From assembly GCA_902563575.1 (NCBI GenBank), contig CACEXV010000002.1:94702-158701 (forward strand): a stretch of 64,000 bases of DNA, written 5' to 3'. The first letter of the stretch is position 1. Every line of letters begins with the position of its first letter. The notes under the pieces were generated by a model. The model did no database searches and was not told the origin of the DNA. It was given only the letters and a program-made list of their open reading frames with translations. The DNA comes from an uncultured Pelagibacteraceae bacterium. GTDB lineage: Bacteria; Pseudomonadota; Alphaproteobacteria; Pelagibacterales; Pelagibacteraceae. The position numbers and the translations under genes were made by a program. Of this stretch, positions 51,827-61,299 are shown piece after piece.

Positions 51827-52723
51827 ATGAATAAAAAATTGAATTTTGCGGTGATATTTAACGCAAATGCAGCAGGTGGTAGAAAACTTAAATTAATTAA
51901 CAAGGTCATTAATCTTTTAGAAAAAAATCATATTGTAGATCTTTTTAAAACCGAAAGCGAAGATCATGCAAGGAATGTATTTAAAGAATTGTCTAATAAA
52001 AAATTTGATCGGTTAGTATTTGCTGGCGGTGACGGGAGCGTATGTTTTGGTATTAATGAAATGTTTAAAAGTGATAATCTAAAAGACAAATTAGTTGGAT
52101 ACATACCTGCTGGCACTGCAAATATTTTACAAATAGAAACTCAAATTAAGAAAAAAGCGGAGGAGATTTACAACGTCCTCGTATCAGATAATCATAAGAA
52201 AATTTCATTGGCAAAAATAAATGATAAGTACTTTTTCTTGATGGCTGGTGTAGGTTTTGACTCTCGAATTGTTGAGTCCATAAATACTAATATTAAAAAG
52301 TATCTTGGAAAAGTAATTTTCGCTTTAAAAGGCTTTCAGCATTTTTTATTTTTAAAAAATATTAAAATGGAGGTTGAGATAGATAATGAAAAAATTATGG
52401 CTGATTGGATTTTATGTACTAATTCAAAATACTATGCTGGTCCCCATTCTATAACTAATGATACCAATATATTTGAAAACAGGATAGTGGCTTACATATT
52501 TAAAGACCTGACCAGAATAAAATTACTTTATTATGTTTGGTTAATTTTAACCAAAGGCGACTTAACTCCTGCAAAAAGTGTGATTAAAAAAGAATTGAAC
52601 AGATTAAAAATAAATGGTGTAAACAATAAAGTTCTATCACAGGTTGATGGTGAAAATTGTGGTTACGTAAACAGTCTTGAAATCCAAAAAACAGACAGAT
52701 TTATAAATTTATTAGTTCCGTAG
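51827..52723 (+). CDS. Soluble diacylglycerol/lipid kinase (DgkB/YegS family)
   Basis: FNANAAG, AGGDGS, PAGTAN, AGVGFD, NSKYYAG, QVDGE. Confidence 0.88.
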   Translation: MNKKLNFAVIFNANAAGGRKLKLINKVINLLEKNHIVDLFKTESEDHARNVFKELSNKKFDRLVFAGGDGSVCFGINEMFKSDNLKDKLVGYIPAGTANILQIETQIKKKAEEIYNVLVSDNHKKISLAKINDKYFFLMAGVGFDSRIVESINTNIKKYLGKVIFALKGFQHFLFLKNIKMEVEIDNEKIMADWILCTNSKYYAGPHSITNDTNIFENRIVAYIFKDLTRIKLLYYVWLILTKGDLTPAKSVIKKELNRLKINGVNNKVLSQVDGENCGYVNSLEIQKTDRFINLLVP

Positions 52724-52775
52724 GATTTTCTAAATCTTTTCAACTTTTAGTTTAAAAGATTTTTCTTAATTTCAT

Positions 52776-52819
52776 TTGAAAAATTTTTTAGATTATTTTA
52801 GATTTTTCTTTTTTGGAGG
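52776..52819 (+). promoter_or_regulatory. Candidate promoter and strong RBS of the Lys-rich ORF
   Basis: TTGAAA - 17 nt - TAGATT; GGAGG at 52815-52819, 6 nt before the ATG. Confidence 0.55.
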
Positions 52820-52825
52820 AAAAAT

Positions 52826-53023
52826 ATGAAAAAAAAGTTAAAAAAAAACGAAAAGAAAAAGAAAAAAATACTAATATCAATCGATAAGCTTAAAAATAAG
52901 ATAAGCACTAAACAAAAAAAACTATCAAAGATTGATCTAAAGATAGCTAGTATCGAGAAAAAAATCGCTGAAAAAAGAGCTAACAAAAATAAAGAACCTA
53001 TCACAGCATCTTTAAATAATTAG
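52826..53023 (+). CDS. Small Lys-rich coiled-coil protein of unknown function
   Basis: 65 aa with 23 Lys; Ile/Leu heptads; own SD, candidate promoter and terminator. Confidence 0.68.
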   Translation: MKKKLKKNEKKKKKILISIDKLKNKISTKQKKLSKIDLKIASIEKKIAEKRANKNKEPITASLNN

Positions 53024-53042
53024 TTTATAAAGTAATTAAATG

Positions 53043-53066
53043 CCCCTGATTTAAAAACATCAGGGG
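53043..53066. terminator. Hairpin between the convergent Lys-rich ORF and SMR gene
   Basis: CCCCTGAT-ttaaaaac-ATCAGGGG followed by TTTACTTT on +. Confidence 0.72.
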
Positions 53067-53067
53067 T

Positions 53068-53412
53068 TTACTTTAATTTACCAAAAAGGTTTAACAGTAT
53101 AACTCCTGAAACAATCAAAATTAATCCAACAATTCCATAAAGATTAGGAATTTGATTGTATTTAAATATTCCAAATAATGTAACTGCAGTTATCGTTAAC
53201 GCTCCGTAAGTGGCATAAGTAAATCCAACAGGTATTATAGTCATTGCTCTAGATAAACAAAAAATACAAACAACAATACTTGTAATACAAAAAATTGTTG
53301 GTGTGAGCCTAGTAAAACTTTCTGTAGTTTTTAAAAAACCGTTAGAGACAATGCCTGTAATAATTGCTAAAATCAAATAAAAATACCCAGATAGTAAACT
53401 GATGTTCTTCAT
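53068..53412 (-). CDS. SMR/DMT family small transporter
   Basis: Four TM helices; LK.TESFTRL.P, IPVGFTYATYG, GLILIVSGVILLN. Confidence 0.88.
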   Translation of the reverse strand: MKNISLLSGYFYLILAIITGIVSNGFLKTTESFTRLTPTIFCITSIVVCIFCLSRAMTIIPVGFTYATYGALTITAVTLFGIFKYNQIPNLYGIVGLILIVSGVILLNLFGKLK

Positions 53413-54356
53413 TTTGCTTTAGCGAATTGCCCTCCATCACGATAACGAACCAACCATTTCTTCATCGCTAGCTCAACATCTTGCGGTTTGATATTTAAGT
53501 CGCTTATGGTTAATTCTTTATTTGAAACAATGTTATCAGCTTCAGATAAAATTTCACATTGATCACGAGTTAATATTGGAGGAAAAGGTAAAAGATCCGT
53601 AATGGTACTTTGTATTTTTGCGATTTGCATTGGCATTTCAATTACAAATTTTTTTTTGTTAATTGTAGCCATTATAGATCTTACCATATCTCCGAATGAA
53701 ATAATTTTGGGCCCACCAATTTCATAAATTTTTCCTTCATTATTTTTGATTTTTATTGCCTGCATAATTGAGTCCGCAACATCAGATACCAAAATCGGTT
53801 GGAATTTATAATTTAAGCCAACAATAGGTAATATTGGCAAAAAACTTAGTTTTGAAAATAAATTAGTAAAATTATCTTCTGCACCACACACAACACTTGG
53901 TCGTATGATAACGGTATTTTCAAAATTTGATAAAGCAGCTTGCTCACCTCCAAATTTACTTTTTTGATAAAGAGATTTTGACTGAGAGTTAGCGCCTATT
54001 GCACTTACATGAATATATTTCTTCACTTTGTGTTTTTTACATAGTTTTGAAATTAAATTCGGAATATCAACGTGTATTTTTTGAAATTTTTGTTTTCTAT
54101 TCTCGAATAAGATTCCTACTAGATTTACCACAACATCCGTATTTTTAATCGCCTTTTCGAGCTCTGAAAAATTATCTGATTTGAAATGAATTAATTCAAT
54201 AGCACCTGGCGTAGTTTGTGTTTTTAAATATCCCTTCAAATATGGACTTCTGGTTGGTATAAAACATCTATAATTCTCCTTGGACAAATTTCTGACAAGA
54301 TAACGGCCTATAAATCCACCACCCCCAAGTATTGTTGCTATTGGGTTATTGTTCAT
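53409..54356 (-). CDS. Complex I NDUFA9-like NAD(P)-binding protein
   Basis: GGGGFIG, VVNLVGILFE, HVSAIGA, YQKSK, RPSVVCG, FQPI.V.DVA, YEIGGP. Confidence 0.9.
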   Translation of the reverse strand: MNNNPIATILGGGGFIGRYLVRNLSKENYRCFIPTRSPYLKGYLKTQTTPGAIELIHFKSDNFSELEKAIKNTDVVVNLVGILFENRKQKFQKIHVDIPNLISKLCKKHKVKKYIHVSAIGANSQSKSLYQKSKFGGEQAALSNFENTVIIRPSVVCGAEDNFTNLFSKLSFLPILPIVGLNYKFQPILVSDVADSIMQAIKIKNNEGKIYEIGGPKIISFGDMVRSIMATINKKKFVIEMPMQIAKIQSTITDLLPFPPILTRDQCEILSEADNIVSNKELTISDLNIKPQDVELAMKKWLVRYRDGGQFAKAK

Positions 54357-54373
54357 GATAATTAAATAAATAT

Positions 54374-55000
54374 ATGAAAATACATAAAATTCAAGGTGAC
54401 ATAAGTAAAGAAATTTTAAACACTATTAAAAATACATGCAGTATTGATTGTGAGATGCAAGGACTTGTTCCTCGTAGAGATCAATTATCACTTATCCAGC
54501 TTACTAGTGATAATGACAATATATATATTGTACAACCCGATAGAAAATCTTATGAGGCACCAAATTTAGTCTCATTGCTAAATGATGAGAAAATTTTAAA
54601 AATTTTTCATTTTGCAAGAATGGATGTTCATTTTCTAGAATATTATCTTAAAACTGAAGTTAAAAATTACTATTGTACAAAATTAATGTCTAAGCTTGCT
54701 AGGAGCTACAGCTCAAATCATGGTCTTAAAGATCTTTGCCAAGAGTTATGTAATGTAAAGCTTGAGAAGAAATATGGAAGTTCAACAGATTGGAATAAGA
54801 GTTTAGATGATGTAAGTGAAAAAGAATTAAAATATTTGTGCAATGATGTTTTGTACCTCAAAGAAATAAAAGAAAAATTACAAAAAATGCTTCAAAGAGA
54901 TAATAGATTTGATCTATTCTTGAGTTCTATGAATGGAGTGCGAAGCAGAATTAATTTAGACAAAGCAGGATTTAACGATCCAAATATATTCGAACATTAA
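54374..55000 (+). CDS. rnd: Ribonuclease D-like 3'-5' exonuclease
   Basis: IDCEMQGL, RDQLSLIQL, KIFHFARMD, HGLKDL, YLCNDV, IFEH. Confidence 0.85.
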   Translation: MKIHKIQGDISKEILNTIKNTCSIDCEMQGLVPRRDQLSLIQLTSDNDNIYIVQPDRKSYEAPNLVSLLNDEKILKIFHFARMDVHFLEYYLKTEVKNYYCTKLMSKLARSYSSNHGLKDLCQELCNVKLEKKYGSSTDWNKSLDDVSEKELKYLCNDVLYLKEIKEKLQKMLQRDNRFDLFLSSMNGVRSRINLDKAGFNDPNIFEH

Positions 55001-55001
55001 T

Positions 55002-55979
55002 ATGGTTAAAAATTATATTAAAATAGCAAAAAAATCTGCTTTAGTTCAAATATCTGAATTAAGAAAAATTAAAAAGGTTTTCAATAAATCTTTTGAAAAA
55101 GCAGTTGAACAAATATCATCTTGTAAAGGGAAGGTTATCTGCGCAGGTATAGGAAAATCTGGTTTGATAGCAAGAAAGGTTAGCGCAACTTTATCAAGTG
55201 TTGGTATATCTAGTTTCTTTTGTGATCCTGCGCAAGCGCTTCACGGGGACATGGGTCAAATTGAGAGAAAAGATATATTAATTATATTTTCTTATTCTGG
55301 AAACACAATTGAATTAACTAATATGCTTAGATACGCAAATAGGTTTAATGTAAAAGTAATTGGTGTAGCTTCAAAATCAGACAGTATGTTATTAAAGGCA
55401 AGCGATGTTAAAATCTTATTACCAAAGGTAAAAGAATCAGATAGTGCAAAAATTGTTCCAACGACAAGTACGTCAATTACTCTTTTATTTGGGGACTCCC
55501 TAGCTACTGCATTAATGTATAAAAAAAAATTTTCTAAAGAAAAGTTTAAAGTATTTCATCCAGGTGGAAGTTTGGGGCAAAAGCTTTTATTGTCAAAGGA
55601 TATAATGATTAGAGGTAACAAGTTGCCAGTTGTTAATATAGATAATAAAATTTCTCATGCGCTGAGCAAAATTAATCAAAAAAAACTTGGTCTTGTTGTA
55701 ATTACTAAGAATAGTTTTATATGTGGTATAATTACTGATGGAGATTTAAGAAGAGCGATTAAAAATAAGAGAGAGAAAAGAAGACTTAGTGAAATAATGT
55801 CAAAAAATCCTTTAATGGTAAGTGAAGACTTTCTGGCTTCTAAAGCTTTGGCTTTAATGAATGAAAAAAAAATCACAAGCCTTTTAGTTGTTTCAAATAA
55901 AGATATTAGAAATAAGAAAAAAGCAAAGTTACTAGGAATAATTCATATACACTCTTTGCTAAAATATGGGCTTTCGTGA
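55002..55979 (+). CDS. kdsD: Arabinose-5-phosphate isomerase (KpsF/GutQ, SIS+CBS)
   Basis: GIGKSG, HGDMG, SYSGNT, PTTST, FHPGGSLG, TDGDLRR. Confidence 0.93.
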   Translation: MVKNYIKIAKKSALVQISELRKIKKVFNKSFEKAVEQISSCKGKVICAGIGKSGLIARKVSATLSSVGISSFFCDPAQALHGDMGQIERKDILIIFSYSGNTIELTNMLRYANRFNVKVIGVASKSDSMLLKASDVKILLPKVKESDSAKIVPTTSTSITLLFGDSLATALMYKKKFSKEKFKVFHPGGSLGQKLLLSKDIMIRGNKLPVVNIDNKISHALSKINQKKLGLVVITKNSFICGIITDGDLRRAIKNKREKRRLSEIMSKNPLMVSEDFLASKALALMNEKKITSLLVVSNKDIRNKKKAKLLGIIHIHSLLKYGLS

Positions 55980-56551
55980 ATATTAGAAAAAGAAAAATAA
56001 TTTTTTTTCAATTCTTTCTCTTCGTTATTTCGACGTTAATCGTATATTTTTTTTATTTTAACAAAGATAAAGTTGAGAATATTGAGGTAGAAAATATAAA
56101 AACTGCCGAGGATGAAAGCTCAAATGTATTTAATGATATTGAGTACAGCGGTTTTGATTTAAATGGAAATAGATATTATCTTTTCTCGAGTGAGGCAATT
56201 TTTGACTCTGAAAAACCGGAGATCGTAAATATGAAAGATGTTTTAGCAAGGTTCACTTTTAAAGATGGCTCTATCTTAATAGTAAGATCAAAAACGGGGT
56301 TATTTAATAATAAAAGTCTGGACATGTTCTTTACCGAAAATGTCAATTCTGAATATAATAAACATAAATTATATTCCAATAATATAGATTATCTAAATAC
56401 AAAAAGTTTGTTAAAAGTTTACGGTAATGTTAATGGAAGCGGTCCAAAAGGAAAAATAAATGCTGAAAATTTAAATTTTGATCTTAAAAACAAGACTTTA
56501 GATATTTCTGCGATTGAAAATAGTCAGGTAAATGTTAATTTAGTAAATTAA
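55976..56551 (+). CDS. lptC: LPS export protein LptC-like
   Basis: N-terminal TM anchor then beta-rich domain (YSGFDLNGNRY); between kdsD and lptB. Confidence 0.75.
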   Translation: MNIRKRKIIFFQFFLFVISTLIVYFFYFNKDKVENIEVENIKTAEDESSNVFNDIEYSGFDLNGNRYYLFSSEAIFDSEKPEIVNMKDVLARFTFKDGSILIVRSKTGLFNNKSLDMFFTENVNSEYNKHKLYSNNIDYLNTKSLLKVYGNVNGSGPKGKINAENLNFDLKNKTLDISAIENSQVNVNLVN

Positions 56552-56552
56552 T

Positions 56553-57308
56553 ATGAAAAAAGGTTTTAGAATAATAAAATTTAAAAAAGATAAACCGGTT
56601 TTCCAAGTTAAAGATATAAGCAAATCTTTTGATGGAAGACCAATCCTTAAAAAAATCTCCATGCACGTTCACAAGTCTGAAATAGTAGGCGTTCTTGGAC
56701 CGAATGGGTGTGGTAAGAGTACTTTATATGGAGTTTGTGTTGGTGAACACAAAACCGATAATGGCAAAATAATTTTAAATAATAAAGAACTTCAAGATTT
56801 ACCCATACACTTGAGAGCAAAAATGGGACTCGGATATCTTCCACAACAGAGAAGTTTATTTGATATGAGTGTCTATGATAATATTTTTGGAATTTGTCAA
56901 ATTTGTATAAAAGATACAGATAAACAAATTTCTACTACGGAGAAACTTTTAGATGAATTTAATTTACAGCATTTAAGAAGCCTTAATGCCTCAGTTTTGT
57001 CAGGTGGTGAAAGAGCAAGAGTAGCTTTGTCTAGAGTTATGATAAATAATCCTAAAGTTATATTGTTGGATGAAGTTTTAAGTAATTTGGACCCGATTGT
57101 CGTACAAGATATTCAAAAATATATACTGAAAATACAAAACTCTGGCGTTGCAATTTTGATAACAGATCACCAGGTTAGAAATTTATTTGAAATAGTAGAT
57201 AGAGCTTATATTATTGGAGAACATCAAATTATAGGTGAAGGAACTCCTAATGAACTTATGAAAAATTCTAAAGCCGTAGAACAATACTTTGGAAATCAAT
57301 TTAATTAA
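56553..57308 (+). CDS. lptB: LPS export ABC ATPase
   Basis: GPNGCGKST, GLGYLPQ, LSGGERAR, ILLDE, LITDHQVR. Confidence 0.88.
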   Translation: MKKGFRIIKFKKDKPVFQVKDISKSFDGRPILKKISMHVHKSEIVGVLGPNGCGKSTLYGVCVGEHKTDNGKIILNNKELQDLPIHLRAKMGLGYLPQQRSLFDMSVYDNIFGICQICIKDTDKQISTTEKLLDEFNLQHLRSLNASVLSGGERARVALSRVMINNPKVILLDEVLSNLDPIVVQDIQKYILKIQNSGVAILITDHQVRNLFEIVDRAYIIGEHQIIGEGTPNELMKNSKAVEQYFGNQFN

Positions 57309-58654
57309 TGCCATTAAAAAAATTTGCGGTTGAAAATTTTCATAAAATAAACAAATTTTCAAAAACAATTAAAGTTGATAGTGATAAATCCATTTCTATT
57401 AGGTCCTTTTTGATATCAGCAATTTCATTAGACATATCTCAAATTAACAATGCGCTCGAATCTGAGGATGTAATTTCTACAATAAAATGCTTAAAAAAAT
57501 TGAATGTAAAAATTATGAAGAAAAACCCTGGAGAATATTTGGTTTATGGGAAAGGATTGGGATCTTTGAATTGTAAAAAAAAAACTGTTTTAAATTGTGA
57601 AAATAGTGGCACTCTATCTCGACTTCTTGTAGGGATTTTGTCAACCACACCAAATATAGATGTCATTATTAAAGGAGATCATTCTTTAAATAAAAGAAAT
57701 ATGAAAAAACTTATAAAGTTAATGAATTCATTTGGGGCCGAATTTAGTCCAATAAAAAAAGAAAATTTCCCTTTACGCTTAATTTCTTCAGAAATTCCCC
57801 TGGGTATAAATTACAAAGCAGGTGTCTCAGCGCAGTTGAAAAGCGCTGCTATTTTGGCTGGATTAAATTCTTATGGCCAAACCTTTATAGAGGAGAAAAT
57901 AAAAAGCAGAGACCATACTGAAAATATGCTTAAAGCAAATAAAAAAAGTATTTCTGTGAAGAAAGGAGATGCAAATATAATAAAAATTAATGGAAAAAAT
58001 CAACTTCAGAAAATTAACATAACAGTACCAGGAGATCCTTCTTCAGCAGCCTTTTTTTGCGCTTTGACAATTTTAAACACTAACTGCAAACTAAAAATTA
58101 AAAATGTCCAGCTTAACAGAACAAGAATTGGATTTTATGAAATTTTAAAAAAAAGCGGTGCTAAGATTAAATTTACTAACATAAAACTTAAAAACGGAGA
58201 GAGGATTGGAGATATATTGGTAAAAAGCAGTAAATTAAAACCTCTAAGAGCTTCTAAAGTATTTTATCCAAAAACTGCTGATGAGTATCCTATACTTTTT
58301 GTTATTGCCTCATTAATTAAAGGTGGTTCTGTGTTTGAGGGTATAGGTGATTTAGCTAATAAAGAAAGCAATAGAATTTTAGAAATGAAAAAGATACTCA
58401 ATAAGATTGGTGTTAAATTTTTATATTCAAACGATAAAGTAAAAATCTATGGTGCAATGAAAAAGAATTATAAAAATTTAGAAATAATTGTGCCCAAACT
58501 TGGAGATCACAGAATTTGCATGAGCACACTAATATTGTCACTTTTAACTGGTGTTAAAGTTAAAATAAATAATTTTGAAACTGTAAATACTTCTGCACCG
58601 TCTTTTTTAAAGATAATAAAAAAAATTGGGGGAAAATTTGAAATTAAAAAGTAA
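57308..58654 (+). CDS. aroA: 3-phosphoshikimate 1-carboxyvinyltransferase
   Basis: DKSISIR, NSGT, SAQLKSA, RDHTENML, PGDPSSAAF, DEYP, KESNRI, DHRI. Confidence 0.95.
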   Translation: MPLKKFAVENFHKINKFSKTIKVDSDKSISIRSFLISAISLDISQINNALESEDVISTIKCLKKLNVKIMKKNPGEYLVYGKGLGSLNCKKKTVLNCENSGTLSRLLVGILSTTPNIDVIIKGDHSLNKRNMKKLIKLMNSFGAEFSPIKKENFPLRLISSEIPLGINYKAGVSAQLKSAAILAGLNSYGQTFIEEKIKSRDHTENMLKANKKSISVKKGDANIIKINGKNQLQKINITVPGDPSSAAFFCALTILNTNCKLKIKNVQLNRTRIGFYEILKKSGAKIKFTNIKLKNGERIGDILVKSSKLKPLRASKVFYPKTADEYPILFVIASLIKGGSVFEGIGDLANKESNRILEMKKILNKIGVKFLYSNDKVKIYGAMKKNYKNLEIIVPKLGDHRICMSTLILSLLTGVKVKINNFETVNTSAPSFLKIIKKIGGKFEIKK

Positions 58655-59300
58655 ATTCAATATACAAATTGCTGCTGACGGTTCTTCTGCAAGTGGCAAA
58701 ACCACAGGTGCTAGGTTATTTTCAAAAAAATATGGTATAAAATTTTTATCTTCAGGATTATTGTATAGATATTCTAGTTATTTGATCATTAAAAATAAAC
58801 CCAGTAGTGAACGTATTTTTCTAGAAAAAAAATTTAAGAAATTTAATTTATCACATTTAAAAAATAAAAATCTCCATACACCAGAAATAAGTGAGTTGAG
58901 TTCCAAAATAGCAAAAAAAAGAGAAATTAGAGGTATTCTTAAGCGCTTTCAGAAAAATTTTGTAAGGAGAAATAGAAAAGTTTGTATAGAAGGAAGAGAT
59001 ATTGGGACCGTTATAATGCCGAACGCTGATATAAAGTTTTTTTTCACGTGCAATCTTAACACTGCAGCCAAAAGAAGATTCAAGGATCTTAAGAAAAAAA
59101 ATCCTAAAATAAAGTTTGCAGAAGTAAAAAAAGCTATGAGAATCAGAGATAATTTAGATAGATCAAGAAGAATTTCCCCTTTAATTAAACCCAAAAATGC
59201 TGTAATTGTGCCAACTGATAAATTAAAAAACATTAAAGGTATGATAAATAAAATGTCAAATGTTTTAGAAAGTGTAATTAAAAAGAAATATGGCAGTTGA
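58638..59300 (+). CDS. cmk: Cytidylate kinase
   Basis: DGSSASGKTT, SGLLYR, EGRDIGTVIMP, RDNLD; start placed at TTG 58638 (uncertain). Confidence 0.92.
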   Translation: MKLKSKFNIQIAADGSSASGKTTGARLFSKKYGIKFLSSGLLYRYSSYLIIKNKPSSERIFLEKKFKKFNLSHLKNKNLHTPEISELSSKIAKKREIRGILKRFQKNFVRRNRKVCIEGRDIGTVIMPNADIKFFFTCNLNTAAKRRFKDLKKKNPKIKFAEVKKAMRIRDNLDRSRRISPLIKPKNAVIVPTDKLKNIKGMINKMSNVLESVIKKKYGS

Positions 59301-61011
59301 AACTGGCGAAAAATCACAAGCAACCTCTCAAAAAGAGTTTGAAAGTCTATTAAATGCAGACTTTAAAAATAGAAAACTCAAGGAAAACGAAATCATAAAA
59401 GCTACTGTTACGGAAATTGGAAAAAATTATGTCGTGGTTGATGCCAAAGCTAAAGCAGAGGCAATGATACCTATTGAAGAATTTAAAAACGATAAAGAGC
59501 TAGAAAAGTTAAAAGTTGGTTCAATAATAGATGTTTATTTAGAGCGAATAGAAAATTTTAAGGGTGAAATAGTCATTTCTAGAGAAAAAGCTCGTAGAAT
59601 GATGACATGGAAAAAAATGGAGAAAGTGTTTGAGACACAAGAGGAATTAACTGGCTACATCACCGGAAGAGTAAAAGGAGGTTTTATCTGTACAATAGAT
59701 GGGCTTCCAACGTTCATGCCGGCTTCGCAAATTGATGTTAAGCCTCTAAAAAAATTTGATCACTTAATGAACACGCCTTTGAAAGTTATTGCAACTAGAA
59801 TAGATAGAAGTCGTGGGAACGTATGTACTAGCAGAAGAGCTGTATTAGAAAAAAGTAAAAATGCTGAGATTTCAGAAGCTTTAAAAAATATAAATGAAGG
59901 TGACATAATTGAAGATGCTAAGGTTAAGGCTACCACTGATTGGGGAATCTTCTTGGATATTAATGGTATCGATGCTCTTTTACATGTCAGCGATTTATCG
60001 TATGGAAGAGTCAAGAAGCCGTCAGAGTTGGTGACTATAGGTCAAAAATTGAAAGTTAAAATCACAAAAATTGATAAAAAAACTAAAAGAGTTTCAGCTT
60101 CAATCAAAGCTTTAACTGAGGATCCATATCAAAATATTTCAAAAAAATATAAACTTGGAGAAATTTACGACGGAGTTTGCACAAAATTAATGGACTATGG
60201 TGTATTTGTAAAACTAGAAGAAGGGATTGAAGGATTAATTCATAATAGCGAATTATCTTGGGCAAATAAAAATATACAACCGTCAAAAGTTTTATCTGTT
60301 TCTCAAAAAATAAAAGTAAAAATTGTAAATATTGATATCGAAACAAAAAGAATATCTTTGTCATATAAAGCTACTCTTGAAAATCCTTGGGACATTCTTG
60401 AAAAAGAGGCAGGTAACGAAATAGAGGTTAAAGTCAAAAATATAACAGATAAAGCTATCTTTGCAGAATTGAAATCGGGATTAACTGGAATGTTGCACTA
60501 TAAAGAATTATCTTACGATGAAAACATAGAAAATTTAAAAAAGTTCAATAAGAACGATAAGATAAAAGTTAAGGTAATAGAAATTAAAGACGAAAAAATT
60601 AGATTGTCTAAAAGAGCACTTGAAAAAGATCCGATGGACTGGTTCAAGGAAAATAAGAAAAAAGTCGGCGATGTTATAACAACCAGAATTCACGAAATAT
60701 TAAAAAATGGAGTTAAGGTATCTATAGATAAAAATAAAAGTCTTATTGTGACTATTAAAAAAGTTGATTTAGCTAAAGAGGCTGCTGACCAGAGAGTTGA
60801 TATATTTGCTCCTGGTAATGCTTTAGATGCTAAAATTACAGAGTTAGATACCTCAAATAGAAAAATTAAGTTGAGCGTTAAGGCAGCACAGATAGATGAA
60901 GAAAAAAGTTTAATAGCCAAATTTGGTCAAGGAGCAACAAAATCTGGCGCAACACTTAAGGGTATTTTCGAGAAAGCATTAGGTGGAAAATCTAAAAAGA
61001 AAAAAGATTAA
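59290..61011 (+). CDS. rpsA: 30S ribosomal protein S1
   Basis: Repeated S1 domains (FMPASQ, DALLHVSDLS, EGLIHNSELSW); cmk-rpsA-ihfB order. Confidence 0.96.
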   Translation: MAVETGEKSQATSQKEFESLLNADFKNRKLKENEIIKATVTEIGKNYVVVDAKAKAEAMIPIEEFKNDKELEKLKVGSIIDVYLERIENFKGEIVISREKARRMMTWKKMEKVFETQEELTGYITGRVKGGFICTIDGLPTFMPASQIDVKPLKKFDHLMNTPLKVIATRIDRSRGNVCTSRRAVLEKSKNAEISEALKNINEGDIIEDAKVKATTDWGIFLDINGIDALLHVSDLSYGRVKKPSELVTIGQKLKVKITKIDKKTKRVSASIKALTEDPYQNISKKYKLGEIYDGVCTKLMDYGVFVKLEEGIEGLIHNSELSWANKNIQPSKVLSVSQKIKVKIVNIDIETKRISLSYKATLENPWDILEKEAGNEIEVKVKNITDKAIFAELKSGLTGMLHYKELSYDENIENLKKFNKNDKIKVKVIEIKDEKIRLSKRALEKDPMDWFKENKKKVGDVITTRIHEILKNGVKVSIDKNKSLIVTIKKVDLAKEAADQRVDIFAPGNALDAKITELDTSNRKIKLSVKAAQIDEEKSLIAKFGQGATKSGATLKGIFEKALGGKSKKKKD

Positions 61012-61014
61012 TAC

Positions 61015-61299
61015 TTGTCAAAAAAAGATATTCTAAATAGATTAAAAAGAAAACATCCGCAAATCAACGTTGATCAAATTAGTAAAATATACGAAAAATT
61101 CATTGAATTAATTTCTCAGGCTTTATTAAGTAGAAAAAGAATCGAAATAAGATCTTTAGGTATATTTTATACTAAGGCCATAAAAGAAAAGAAAAATGCA
61201 AGAAACCCTAAGACTGGTGAAAAAATTTATGTACCTGAAAAGGTCAAACTAAGATTTAAGGCTAGCAAAGAGCTCCAAAAATTTATAAATACTGAATAA
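61015..61299 (+). CDS. ihfB: Integration host factor beta / HU family protein
   Basis: RIEIRSLGIF, ARNPKTGE, FKASKEL; follows rpsA. Confidence 0.85.
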   Translation: MSKKDILNRLKRKHPQINVDQISKIYEKFIELISQALLSRKRIEIRSLGIFYTKAIKEKKNARNPKTGEKIYVPEKVKLRFKASKELQKFINTE

